Assembly (NCBI GenBank): GCA_963663405.2
Contig: CAXXSM010000082.1
Span: 1-47,778, forward strand
DNA: 47,778 nt
From: a bacterium
Lineage (GTDB): Bacteria; Hinthialibacterota; Hinthialibacteria; Hinthialibacterales; Hinthialibacteraceae
Direction: 5' to 3'
The notes below the pieces were generated by a model. That model ran no database searches. It worked only from the letters and a program-made list of their open reading frames with translations, and was not told the origin of the DNA. The position numbers and the translations under genes were made by a program. Shown piece after piece: positions 9,347 to 19,941 of this stretch (position 1 is the stretch's first letter; each line of letters opens with the position of its first letter).

Positions 9347-10510
9347 GTGATGGATGATGAAATGAAATCCCCATTTCCCATAAAGAGAACGTCTTCGTAT
9401 TTTCCTAAAGTCAACCGCCGCCGATTTCTCCAAAGCTCAACCTTTCCTATTTTTCTAATGGCTTTTCCAGGCAAATCAATTGGATTCTCGGCCGCCAACG
9501 TTACGGAATTGGAACAGCCGTTGGAAAAGCCATTGTTTGAAACGCGGGGAATTGTTTTAAGTGTAAGCGATCTTTCAACATTGGATTGGCCGCGCCGCGC
9601 TCACGCTGCGGGACTTACGACTATTGGCACACATGTCACACCAGGACAAGTGTCAGAATTTATTCAAAGTGAAGCGGGACAACAATTTCAGAAAGACTGC
9701 AAGCGATTGGGTATTCAGATCGAGCACGAGTTACACGCGATGGGGGATCTGCTGCCGCGGGAATTGTTTGATCGCGATCCGTCGATGTTCCGTATGAATG
9801 AAGATGGAGAGAGAATCCCTGATTATAATTGCTGCGCGCATTCCAAAAACGCGATCGAGATCATCTGCCAAAACGCTGTGAAATATTCGAAACTACTACT
9901 TTCCTCAACCGGGCGTTATTTCTATTGGATCGATGATGGCCGGCCTATGTGCAAGTGTAAAAAATGTCGTGAATATTCCGATAGCGATCAGGCGTTGCTT
10001 CTTGAAAACGCGATCCTTGCGGCGCTTCGCAGGGAGGTGAATGAACACGCTGCCCTCGCTCATCTGGCGTATGCCAATACGCTCAAACCACCTTCTCTGA
10101 TCAAACCCAGCGAGGGGATCTTTCTTGAATTCGCGCCCATCCGGCGTTCTTGGCAGGAACCGATCCGGAATCGATCCGCCGAGGGGCGCGGAATGACACA
10201 TGGAGAAAACCTTGATTATCTCGACGCCAATTTAGAGATTTTTCCAAAAGAAACCGCTCAAGTCCTGGAATATTGGATTGACGTTTCTCTATTCAGCGGA
10301 TGGAAACGGCCCGCGGTTCAATTGCCGTGGCGGCCGGATGTGTTTCTCGCTGATATCGATACCTATGCGCGCAGGGGCATTCGTCACATCACTTCATTTG
10401 GCGTCTATATTGATTCTGACTATGTGAAGAAATATGGCGACCCACATTTCATTGATGAATACGGTAAGGGATTGCTGACATATAGACTCGAAGAAAGCGT
10501 GGTGGAGTGA
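9347..10510 (+). CDS. Tat-exported DUF4838-like putative glycoside hydrolase
   Basis: NRRRFLQ twin-arginine motif; HELHAMGDLLPRELF...P, YWIDDG..CKCKKC, LAHLAYANT, EFAPI, VLEYWIDVSLFS. Exact start uncertain. Confidence 0.65.
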   Translation: MMDDEMKSPFPIKRTSSYFPKVNRRRFLQSSTFPIFLMAFPGKSIGFSAANVTELEQPLEKPLFETRGIVLSVSDLSTLDWPRRAHAAGLTTIGTHVTPGQVSEFIQSEAGQQFQKDCKRLGIQIEHELHAMGDLLPRELFDRDPSMFRMNEDGERIPDYNCCAHSKNAIEIICQNAVKYSKLLLSSTGRYFYWIDDGRPMCKCKKCREYSDSDQALLLENAILAALRREVNEHAALAHLAYANTLKPPSLIKPSEGIFLEFAPIRRSWQEPIRNRSAEGRGMTHGENLDYLDANLEIFPKETAQVLEYWIDVSLFSGWKRPAVQLPWRPDVFLADIDTYARRGIRHITSFGVYIDSDYVKKYGDPHFIDEYGKGLLTYRLEESVVE

Positions 10511-11251
10511 TTAATACAACGCCCACCGTTCAACCGGTGCGGGGGCGCCGGCGAATTCATAGAAAATCCCCGCTTCTCCACCCGCTGGATCGGGATTGGG
10601 CATGAATTCGACGGAATTGAAATCGGCGTCTTCGGCTTCAATTAATAGTACGAAATCGGGGTATTCGAATAAGGGGGTATCATCTGGATTCAACAAATCG
10701 GGGAGTCCTTGTTCATCATTGCTGAAGGTTAAATCCCGCCGCAGGCTGACTTCCACCTCTTGAGTGATGTCGTAAGGCGCCGTGTTGGCGGTTGCGAAGG
10801 CGCCCCAGTTGTTCTCAGCCGTCTGTTCGGCTACGTCAACAAAATTAACGCCGGATCGTTGATCGAAGACACCACCCGATTGGATGAAAAACTCTGAGCC
10901 AGTTAATCCAGCAAAACCAAAACCTGTCGATGCGTCCAAATCTGTGTTGAAGACTAGATTCACCAACCATCCAAAGTCACCGAACGGCGCCGGTTCCGCG
11001 AAGGAGATGCGGATATAGAAATAGTCATTGTCATTCGCGAGATACGCCTTCGCGAAATCAAATTCAGATCCTGCGCTGTCTCCGATCACGTCAATGTACG
11101 CAGGTTCGATTCCGTCCCAATCCTGGATGTTTCCATCTACGGTGATTGTCCGGAATACCGGTTCCGCGAACACGATCCCGAATTCTTCCTGCGCAAAAAC
11201 TTGCGGCGCGATCCCGATCAATCCGATCAATAGGATATTCCATTTTCTCAT
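10511..11251 (-). CDS. Secreted acidic protein with CBM9/DOMON-like beta-sandwich
   Basis: Signal peptide ending VFA-Q; TITVDGNIQDW, DFAKAYLANDNDYFYIRISF, NTDLDASTG; C-terminal PVERWALY. Confidence 0.65.
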   Translation of the reverse strand: MRKWNILLIGLIGIAPQVFAQEEFGIVFAEPVFRTITVDGNIQDWDGIEPAYIDVIGDSAGSEFDFAKAYLANDNDYFYIRISFAEPAPFGDFGWLVNLVFNTDLDASTGFGFAGLTGSEFFIQSGGVFDQRSGVNFVDVAEQTAENNWGAFATANTAPYDITQEVEVSLRRDLTFSNDEQGLPDLLNPDDTPLFEYPDFVLLIEAEDADFNSVEFMPNPDPAGGEAGIFYEFAGAPAPVERWALY

Positions 11252-11401
11252 TGTAAAAGCCTCCCTGTTTTTTAATAGTTAGATTATATCCGGCGAATGG
11301 AGAAAAAGAAAAATATAACGAAAATAGAATTAACTCGAAAATCGTCTCCATCCTCCGCTCAATCACTTAACAAAATAAATTTCCTTTCTGAAAAATTATT
11401 A

Positions 11402-11442
11402 TTGACATCATGTTAAATTTGGTGTAGTGTAACATCATGTAA
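11402..11442 (+). promoter_or_regulatory. Putative sigma70 promoter with twin palindromic operator sites
   Basis: TTGACA(11402)-N17-TAGTGT; ACAT-C-ATGT palindrome at 11405-11413 and again at 11432-11440. Confidence 0.5.
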
Positions 11443-11803
11443 TCTGATGGGTTGAGGTACTTGCTGATTCAATGATACCAGAAGTGTGGCTGGGAATGGA
11501 TCATCTAGAGGGCTATTCATTTCCAGCCCTTTATTTTTGCATAATATCGCGTCTAATAATCGTTCATTCAGTGTCATTCGATCCCAGTACGAATGGAAAA
11601 CCTGTATTTTGGTCCATAGATCCTCTATCAATTCTCCTTTCTCTGGATGTATAATTCCACTTTCTTTAATTTGACTGTTTCGTCATGATATCTCTTGTGG
11701 AATTTTATAGAGATATCTAGATTCGATTTCAATAAGTATTTGACTTGTAGGTGTTTCTATTGATCTTTGATTTTTGGTTGCTTGTTTAAAAAGGAATAGT
11801 CTC

Positions 11804-13333
11804 ATGAACGATTCGATCGTATTGCTGGGTATAGACATTGGCGCGACAGGAATAAAAGTGGGCGCGTTTTCGATGGATGGGCGGTTACTGGAGTTGGCGG
11901 GGACATCGAACGGCCCTAAGCCGCAACCCGATTCACCTCCGGAATGGCGTATTTGGGATCTGGAAGAGATGTGGTCGTCGATTTGCGGTTGCTCGCGGAA
12001 GGTGATGTCTGCGTTGGGACCGGGCACGAAAGTTGGCGGCGCCGCCGTGACTGGATTCGGTTCCGATGGCGTTCCTATGAAAAAAGATGGAACGCAGCTT
12101 TATCCCTGTATCAGCTGGCACTGTGGGCGCACCGCTCCCCAACGCGCGAAAACAATGGAGATTCTTGGAAACGAACGAATTTACCGGACAACGGGATACC
12201 ATAATTACCCGATCAATACATTGAACCGATTTTTGTGGTTGAAAGAAAATGAACCGGATGTTCTCGAACAGGCCGATTATTGGCTTCAGGTACAAGACTA
12301 TATCGTCTTCCGATTGACAGGTGAATTCAGCACAGAAAGCACCATCGCGTCGACGATGATGAGTCTTGATCTCAAACGCCGTGATTGGGCGGAAGATCTC
12401 TTCTCGGACGTGGAGCTCAGTACGCGTTTTTTAAGCCCTTTGTATGATTCCGGTTCACAAGTGGGCGTAGTCACTGCTCAAGCGAGCGAAATGTCTGGAA
12501 TTCCCGTTGGCTCCGTTGTCGCCACAGGTGGACATGATACGGAACTGGCGATTTTGGGGGCGGGTGTCCGTCAGAAAGAGACGTTTCTTGATATAAACGG
12601 CACGTGGGAAATCTTGATGGCGGTGACGGATTTCTGCAATCCATCCGAATCTGACTTTTCGCATGGCTTGGACTGGGAATGCCATGCGGTTCCAGGTTGG
12701 TGGAACTGTCAGGCGTTGATGATCGCGGGGGGAGTGATCGAATGGGTGCGGAATCTATGTTACCGCGACAGCCCATCGTACGAAACCATCCTTCAAGAAG
12801 CGGAAGCGTCCCCGATGGGGAATAACAATGTCTATCTGCTTCCCGCCTTTGTTCGTGGCATGGGCCCCGCGCAGGCGTTTGATCCTTCTGGCGCGTTTTT
12901 AGGGATTACTACGCAGACAACGCGCGGGGATATCGCGCGGGCCGCGTTTGAGGGACTTTCCTATCAGACGTATCAACAAATTGAGGCTATTGAATCCAGC
13001 TTGGGCGTCCGCGCGCAATCGATTCGCGCCGCGGGCGGGGGGCAGAAAAATCCTTTCTGGATGCAGATGAAAGCGGATATGTGTGGACGGGCGTTTGATG
13101 TGTTACAAGACGTTGAAGCGACATTGTTGGGCGCCGCGATCCTGGCGGGAATCGGTGGGGGGATTTTTAAAGACGCTGATGACGCGCTCAATCAAATCCC
13201 CACTCCATTTGAAACCGTGGATCCGGATATGAAAGCGCACGAACGATATCGGGAACGGTATGAAAAAGTGGTCGCGAAAATCCCACAAAGTCTAGAACAA
13301 ACGTTTCAAATGATCCATTCGTTCAATGGATGA
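11804..13333 (+). CDS. FGGY-family carbohydrate kinase (L-fuculokinase/xylulokinase-like)
   Basis: LGIDIGATGIK, GGHDTELA, GTWEI, RAAFEGLS, AAGGGQKNPFWMQMKADM, EATLLGAAILAG. Confidence 0.92.
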   Translation: MNDSIVLLGIDIGATGIKVGAFSMDGRLLELAGTSNGPKPQPDSPPEWRIWDLEEMWSSICGCSRKVMSALGPGTKVGGAAVTGFGSDGVPMKKDGTQLYPCISWHCGRTAPQRAKTMEILGNERIYRTTGYHNYPINTLNRFLWLKENEPDVLEQADYWLQVQDYIVFRLTGEFSTESTIASTMMSLDLKRRDWAEDLFSDVELSTRFLSPLYDSGSQVGVVTAQASEMSGIPVGSVVATGGHDTELAILGAGVRQKETFLDINGTWEILMAVTDFCNPSESDFSHGLDWECHAVPGWWNCQALMIAGGVIEWVRNLCYRDSPSYETILQEAEASPMGNNNVYLLPAFVRGMGPAQAFDPSGAFLGITTQTTRGDIARAAFEGLSYQTYQQIEAIESSLGVRAQSIRAAGGGQKNPFWMQMKADMCGRAFDVLQDVEATLLGAAILAGIGGGIFKDADDALNQIPTPFETVDPDMKAHERYRERYEKVVAKIPQSLEQTFQMIHSFNG

Positions 13334-13569
13334 ATCGACGTCAATATTAACCATGTCGAAATGAAGTATGGATACAATACAAGCGATTTTTCCTACTCAC
13401 TCCATTTACCAATCTATTCCACCTAGGATCATTTGAATACTAACTTTCCCAATACATAGCATGTCGAAAGTTCCTAAAGTTTTTCCTGCAGGAAGACGAT
13501 AATCGAACTAGTTGAAAGTGTTTTTTTTTCTGATCTTTTGTGTTGATTTATTAGTGATGATAGCGAGGA

Positions 13570-13941
13570 GTGGACAGAATGCTGAAAGTGTCGAAGCATA
13601 TGTATAATCGTGTATCGATTCTCAATCTGACGGGTGATCTAGATTATGATGGAATCCTTGCTCTAGAAGGGGCCATTCATGAATTGTGGAAAAGCGGCGC
13701 CGGGCAAATTCTGCTCAATTTTTCCGGTATTACTTCCGTAATGAACGCGTATATAAACAGCCTTTTCACTCCCATTCAAGCGATAACGGAAGCGGAAGGC
13801 ACAGTCGCTCTTTGTGGATTGAATTCGAAGACTCACAAAACACTGAAGAGAGCGATTTTTTACCCCCTCGTTAAAATCTATGATTCAGAAATTCAGGCGC
13901 TGAAGGAATTTGAAGACGCTAATTTAATTTCTGCGGCATAA
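13570..13941 (+). CDS. STAS-domain protein (anti-sigma-factor-antagonist-like)
   Basis: ILNLTGDLD, QILLNFSGITSV, GTVALCGLN, KIYDSEIQALKEF. Confidence 0.75.
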   Translation: MDRMLKVSKHMYNRVSILNLTGDLDYDGILALEGAIHELWKSGAGQILLNFSGITSVMNAYINSLFTPIQAITEAEGTVALCGLNSKTHKTLKRAIFYPLVKIYDSEIQALKEFEDANLISAA

Positions 13942-13989
13942 GACGATTTTCATTCTTATTACTCCGACTTGATATCTGGATTTATCCCG

Positions 13990-14077
13990 TTTGAATCACG
14001 GAGCGCTCGGAGGCGCACAGATCCCTCGGAGCAAATCCGTGTTCTCCGCGTCTTCTCCGAGAAATCCGTGATTCAAA
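13990..14077. repeat. 88-bp palindromic element with 13-bp terminal inverted repeats (copy 1)
   Basis: TTTGAATCACGGA(13990-14002) ... TCCGTGATTCAAA(14065-14077), with inner CTCGGAG/CTCCGAG pairing. Confidence 0.85.
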
Positions 14078-14098
14078 AAATAATCCCAGTAACTTTCT

Positions 14099-14148
14099 CG
14101 TTTGAACCACAGAACGCTCGAAAGTGTACAGCTACCTCAGAGCAAATC
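14099..14148 (+). repeat. Degenerate direct copy of the left half of the 13990 element
   Basis: CGTTTGAACCACAGAACGCTCGAAAGTGTACAGCTACCTCAGAGCAAATC aligns without gaps to 13988-14037 with about 10 mismatches, mostly transitions. Confidence 0.75.
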
Positions 14149-14221
14149 ATCGTCCATCACAGGGCATGTTTTTTCCTCCTATTCGGCTATAATACTTCTT
14201 TTTCATATCGGAGGCAGAATC

Positions 14222-15521
14222 ATGGGAATGACATTAACCGAAAAAATATTGGCGCGGCGCGCGGGGCGTGATTCCGTACGGCCTGGTGAGAACGTTTGGA
14301 TTAACGTAGATGTTCTTATGACGCATGACGTCTGTGGCCCGGGCACGATCGGCGTCTTCAAAAAAACAGTTCGGCCCTAATGCGAAGGTTTGGATAAAGA
14401 TAAGGTTGTCATTATTCCGGATCATTACATCTTCACTAAGAACAAAGAAGCCAACCGGAATATTGACATTCTTCGTGAATTCGTTAAAGAGCAGGGGCTT
14501 CCACACTATTACGACCCAGGAACCAGTTCCTACAAAGGCGTCTGTCATGTCGCGCTCCCGGAAGAAGGATTCACCCGGCCCGGCGAAGTTCTCTTCGGCA
14601 CGGATTCACATACCTGTACGGCGGGGGCGTTCGGCCAATTCGCCACCGGCATCGGCAACACCGACGCCGGATTCATCATGGGAACGGGGAAATTGTGGGT
14701 GAAGGTTCCTCCCACGATGCGCTTCGTTTTTGAAGGGCCGCTGCCTCCCTACCTGATGGCCAAAGACCTCATACTCCACATCATTGGAGATATCGGCGTC
14801 GACGGCGCCACTTATCGCGCGATGGAATTCGGCGGCGATGGTGTCTACGGTCTTAACATCGAAGAACGTATGACCCTATGCAATATGGTCATTGAAGCGG
14901 GTGGGAAGAATGGCGTCATTGAACCGGATGACGTTACTACAAATTTTGTCCATTCAAAGACGGATCGTCCATTCGACGTTGTGAAAAATGACGCGGACGC
15001 ATCGTATTATTTCGAAAAAGTCTATAAGACCGCTGAAATTGAACCGACAGTCGCGAAACCTCATTCCCCCAGCAATCGCGGGATCGCGAGAGAACTTACC
15101 GATGTGAAGATCACCCGCGCGTATATCGGTTCCTGCACGGGTGGTAAGATGACCGATTTCATGCAAGCGGCGTCGATCATGAAAGGGCAATCGGTTTCGG
15201 TTCATACGTTCATCGTTCCGGCGACTACCGAAGTCGCCCCAAGGCTTGAAAACCGAGAAAATCAACGGTCAAACGCTTGAAGAAATCTTCATCGAAGCTG
15301 GCGCGCAGGTTGGGCCGCCATCGTGCGCGGCGTGTCTCGGTGGACCGGAAGACACGTTCGGCCGTCTTAACAGCGCTGAGACCTGCATTTCCACCACAAA
15401 TCGTAATTTCCCCGGCCGGATGGGGAGCCGCGAATCCCAGGTCTTTTTGGCGTCTCCCTTCACGGTCGCCGCGTCCGCTCTGACGGGTCATATCACCGAT
15501 CCGCGTGATTTCTTGTCGTAA
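14222..15521 (+). CDS. leuC: 3-isopropylmalate dehydratase large subunit (plant/aconitase-type); three apparent homopolymer frameshifts
   Basis: MGMTLTEKILAR...MTHDVCGPGTIGVFKK/QFGPNAKVW/DKDKVVIIPDHYIFT, GTDSHTCTAGA, YIGSCTGG, PSCAACLGG, STTNRNFPGRMG. Indels at A7 14360-66, TGGAT 14391 and C4 15237-40. Confidence 0.88.
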
Positions 15522-15549
15522 TCAAGAGACGCAGGAAGGAATGGATATT

Positions 15550-16116
15550 ATGTTGAAAGATACAATCAAAGGAAAAACTTTCGTTTTAGGGGATAACATC
15601 GACACAGATCAAATTATTCCCGCCCAGCATTTAGTCTATAAGCTGGATGATGAAGAAGAGCGGAAGAAATATGGCGAATTCGCTTTGTCCAGCGTGCCGG
15701 ACGGTCAATCCGGTTTGCCAGACGGGAATATTCGATTTATGAAAGAAGGCGAATGGCAGTCCGAGTACACCTTTATCGTCGCAGGCAAGAACTTCGGCTG
15801 CGGCTCAAGCCGCGAACATGCCCCCTTCGCGTTAAACATCGCGGGTATCCATGCCATCATTGCGGAATCCTACGCCCGGATCTTCTTCCGCAATTCCGTC
15901 AATGGAGGCTACCTGGCTCCATTCGAAACGGAAACACGCTTAATGGACATCATAAAAACCGGCGACGAATTGGAACTCGACACACCGTCCTCTACTCTGC
16001 GCAATTTAACCACCGGCGAAACGTATAAACTGCGCTCCCTTGGAGACGTAGAAGAAATCCTCAAAGCCGGAGACGTCTTCGCCTACGCGAAAGCCGAAGG
16101 CATGATCGCGTCCTGA
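15550..16116 (+). CDS. leuD: 3-isopropylmalate dehydratase small subunit
   Basis: GDNIDTDQIIPA, AGKNFGCGSSREHA, AESYARIFFRN; directly downstream of leuC. Confidence 0.9.
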   Translation: MLKDTIKGKTFVLGDNIDTDQIIPAQHLVYKLDDEEERKKYGEFALSSVPDGQSGLPDGNIRFMKEGEWQSEYTFIVAGKNFGCGSSREHAPFALNIAGIHAIIAESYARIFFRNSVNGGYLAPFETETRLMDIIKTGDELELDTPSSTLRNLTTGETYKLRSLGDVEEILKAGDVFAYAKAEGMIAS

Positions 16117-16396
16117 ATGGCCTTACTAAGAATCAAATTATCCCCTCCTAGCACGCTTTCCATTCTCCAACCTGCTCACTTTAGTTTATAAAATCCATAA
16201 AATTGATCGATTTTTCATGTATTGATTCATGAATTCCGTATAATTGTGAAACGTGATCTGGTTTGATGCTGAATTATGCGCAAAAAAAGTGGATGTTAAT
16301 TAAGACGTCATATATAGTAAATCGTGGGGATCAATCTTTCCATCATTGTGCCAATCAACAAGCGGAAGACGTTATTCATAGAAGAGGGAGGGGATC

Positions 16397-17345
16397 GTGC
16401 AATTCAAAAACGTTTATCATTTCTCTTTTGTTCTGATACTCTTTACTTGTATGACCGGGGATGCGTTTTCGCAGAATATTAATACGCCGGAGAATTTTCC
16501 GGATCCGAAGTTCCGGGCGATTGTTGAGGAATTCATGGGCGTGGCGCCAGGGGGAGAATTTTCGGCCGCGGAGGCTTCGATCAAAGGTGGAATGTTGATG
16601 TGTTCTAATCGCGGTATCAAGGAGATGTCTGGGATTGAATATTTTCATGCTTTGAAATTTCTACAGTGTAAACACAATGATTTAAAGAATTTGGATATCA
16701 CTAAAAATAATGCATTAAATACGCTCAATTGTGGAAGGAATCAATTGACTCGCCTGGATTTATCCCACAATGTTGCTTTGGAATTTCTTGATTGTTCATC
16801 GAATCAATTAACGAGCCTTGACGTTTCCAATAAATCCACCTTGAGATGGTTGCGGGTGTGAGAACAATCGATTATCTGAATTGAATGTATTTAATACTCC
16901 CAAATTAATGGAACTCCATTGTAGAAGCAATAAACTGACCCATCTTGATGTTTCTAATAAATCCATTTTGACTCATCTCGGATGCAGTCAAAATCACTTA
17001 ATCAGCTTGGATGTTTCGAATGCAACTTCTTTATATTGGCTAGACTGCCATGATAATCGATTGAAACATCTGAATGTCACCGGCGCTTCTGAATTGAGCC
17101 ATCTCTTTTGCAACATTAACCAATTAACCAGCCTTGCCAATTTTGTCACCAACGAAAATCTTGGAAGTGATGGCAGTGTAGATATTCGATATAATTACTT
17201 AGGTTCTGAGTATCCAGAGGCCGTGAAAAGGGATATCCAAATCCTGACTGAGCGAATTGGAGAACCTAGTTTTCAAAAGGATTTTTTAGAAGCGGGTTTT
17301 GCATATGAACCACAGAAAGAAATGAAAATGATACCTCCTGATTAA
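16397..17345 (+). CDS. Secreted leucine-rich-repeat protein (one apparent frameshift at 16854-16856)
   Basis: Signal peptide, FPDPKFR cap, repeats LxxLxCxxNxLxxLDxS. Removing one G from CGGGTGTGAG restores LRWLRCENNRLSELNV and joins ORFs 16397 and 16881. Confidence 0.82.
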
Positions 17346-17465
17346 TCTATAAAAAATATAGCGGTTTCCAGATTTGGTGATCTTTGATTATTTCTTTGTA
17401 TTGTCTTCCTCTCTTGCTATATGTTCTCCTTGAATCTTTCCAATCCACGTGCAATACTATAAAAC

Positions 17466-17540
17466 TGCGCGTATTCGGTGTTTACTCTTCGTAAGTCCTT
17501 ATCGCGCAATATCTTACCGCGATTGCGGTATTGAAGGAGT
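17466..17540 (+). promoter_or_regulatory. Structured 5' leader of rpsB (possible S2 autoregulatory element)
   Basis: Stems TGCGCG(17466-71)/CGCGCA(17503-08) and TTAC/GTAA, plus hairpin TACCGC-GATT-GCGGTA (17515-30) immediately before the GAAGGAG RBS. Confidence 0.4.
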
Positions 17541-17547
17541 CAGAACA

Positions 17548-18422
17548 TTGACGACTGTAAGCATGAAACAACTCCTGGAATCCGGAGTCCACTTCGGGCA
17601 TCAAACCCGGCGGTGGAATCCGAAAATGGCCAAGTACATCTTTGGCCAGCGCAACGGTATCTACATCATCGATTTGAAGAAGACCGTGCGTTTGTTGAAA
17701 GAAGCCTGCCGGTTCGTGAAGGATATCGCCGCTGATGGCGGATCGATCCTCTTTGTCGGCACCAAAAAACAGGCCCAAGACACCGTGAAAGAGGAAGCGA
17801 AACGGTGCGGAATGTATTACGTCAACCAGCGCTGGCTGGGCGGGATGCTGACCAACTGGGATACGATCCGCAAGAGTATCACAAAACTCAAAGAGATCGA
17901 GGCGAAACTCGGTGACGAGGAAGCGATTCAGCATTACAAGAAAAAAGAACGGCTGGGGATGTCGAAACTCCGGGAAAAGCTGGAAAAGAACTTGTCCGGA
18001 ATTCGGGAAATGGATGGTATTCCTTCCGCGGTTTTTATCACCGACACACGCAAAGAGCATATCGCGGTGTTGGAAGCGAAGCGCCTTGGCATCCCCGTTG
18101 TGGCGATTGTGGATACGAATTGCGATCCTGATTTCATCGATTATGTAATTCCCGGTAACGACGACGCGATCCGCGCGGTCCGGCTCATGTCCGCCCGCAT
18201 CGCCGATTCTGTTCTCGAAGGCCAGATGGTCTCCTCCGAAGGCGAATCGGATATGGACGATGATATGACTGAAGAGATGTTGGATTCGGGAGTCGACACT
18301 CCGATTACACCTGAGGCGCCCGTGGTAACGGAAGCGAAGGCGGCGCCAGTCCAGAAAGCGACAAGTCCTGAAGAAACAGCGCCTTTCGTAGAGAAGAAGA
18401 AAACGAAGAAACAGTGGAATAA
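17548..18422 (+). CDS. rpsB: 30S ribosomal protein S2
   Basis: [47 protein letters not shown]; TTG start after GAAGGAG. The acidic tail probably ends [12 protein letters not shown] at 18422 after a 1-nt indel near 18392; uncorrected, the ORF ends at 18459. Confidence 0.95.
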
Positions 18423-18487
18423 ATCCTGCAACCAATCAAAAACCCATCAATACGATTGAGTGAAAAATACGTTAAGGAATCAATACA

Positions 18488-19093
18488 ATGGCAACGATAA
18501 CCGCAGCTCAGGTCAAAGAATTACGCGAGAAGGTCGGCGCGGGGATGATGGATTGCAAAAAAGCGCTGAAAGAGTCTGACGGTGATTTTGACAAAGCCGT
18601 CAAATACTTGCGGGAAAAAGGCATGGCCGACGCCGCGAAACGCAGCGGGCGCGTGGCCTCCGAAGGCGCTGTTTTCTCGTATATCCATCCCGGCAATAAA
18701 ATCGGTGTGATGGTGGAAATTAACTGTGAGACCGATTTCGTCGCGCGCAACGAGAAATTTCTTGAATTCACCAAAGACATCGCGATGCACATCGCCGCTT
18801 CCAATCCATCTTATATCAAACGGGATGAAGTCCCTGCAGACGTCCTTGCGGCGGAGAAGGAAGTGTTGATGAATCAGGCGCGGGGTGACGGGAAACCCGA
18901 AAACATTCTGGAGAAGATCGTCGCGGGCCGGATTGATAAGTTTTATTCTCAAATCTGTCTTTTGGAACAGCCGTTCATCAAGGATATGAATGTGACGGTT
19001 GAAGATTTATTGAAAGAGACGATTGGACAAATCGGAGAGAATATTATTATCCGCCGATTTGCCCGCTATCAGTTGGGTGAAGAGGTCTCCTAA
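18488..19093 (+). CDS. tsf: Elongation factor Ts (short form)
   Basis: VKELREKVGAGMMDCKKAL, EINCETDFVA, LLEQPFIKD, IRRFARY. Confidence 0.97.
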   Translation: MATITAAQVKELREKVGAGMMDCKKALKESDGDFDKAVKYLREKGMADAAKRSGRVASEGAVFSYIHPGNKIGVMVEINCETDFVARNEKFLEFTKDIAMHIAASNPSYIKRDEVPADVLAAEKEVLMNQARGDGKPENILEKIVAGRIDKFYSQICLLEQPFIKDMNVTVEDLLKETIGQIGENIIIRRFARYQLGEEVS

Positions 19094-19152
19094 TCGAACA
19101 TTCTGGTAGCTGAATATCTCGAATCCTGGCGCCCATCTATGGAAATCAAACC

Positions 19153-19884
<732 letters not shown>

Positions 19885-19941
19885 AGACGGATTCGCGCCG
19901 TATTGATAAAACGCGTGCCCTGCAGTACCTATGGTGAAATC

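Noticed and set aside
14222-15521. leuC (and likewise pyrH) as true pseudogenes or programmed frameshifts
   Set aside because: Indels are all at homopolymers, clustered, partly compensating, and hit an essential gene; sequencing error is more parsimonious.
17482-18435. 317-aa minus-strand ORF
   Set aside because: Antisense shadow of rpsB; no recognisable motifs.
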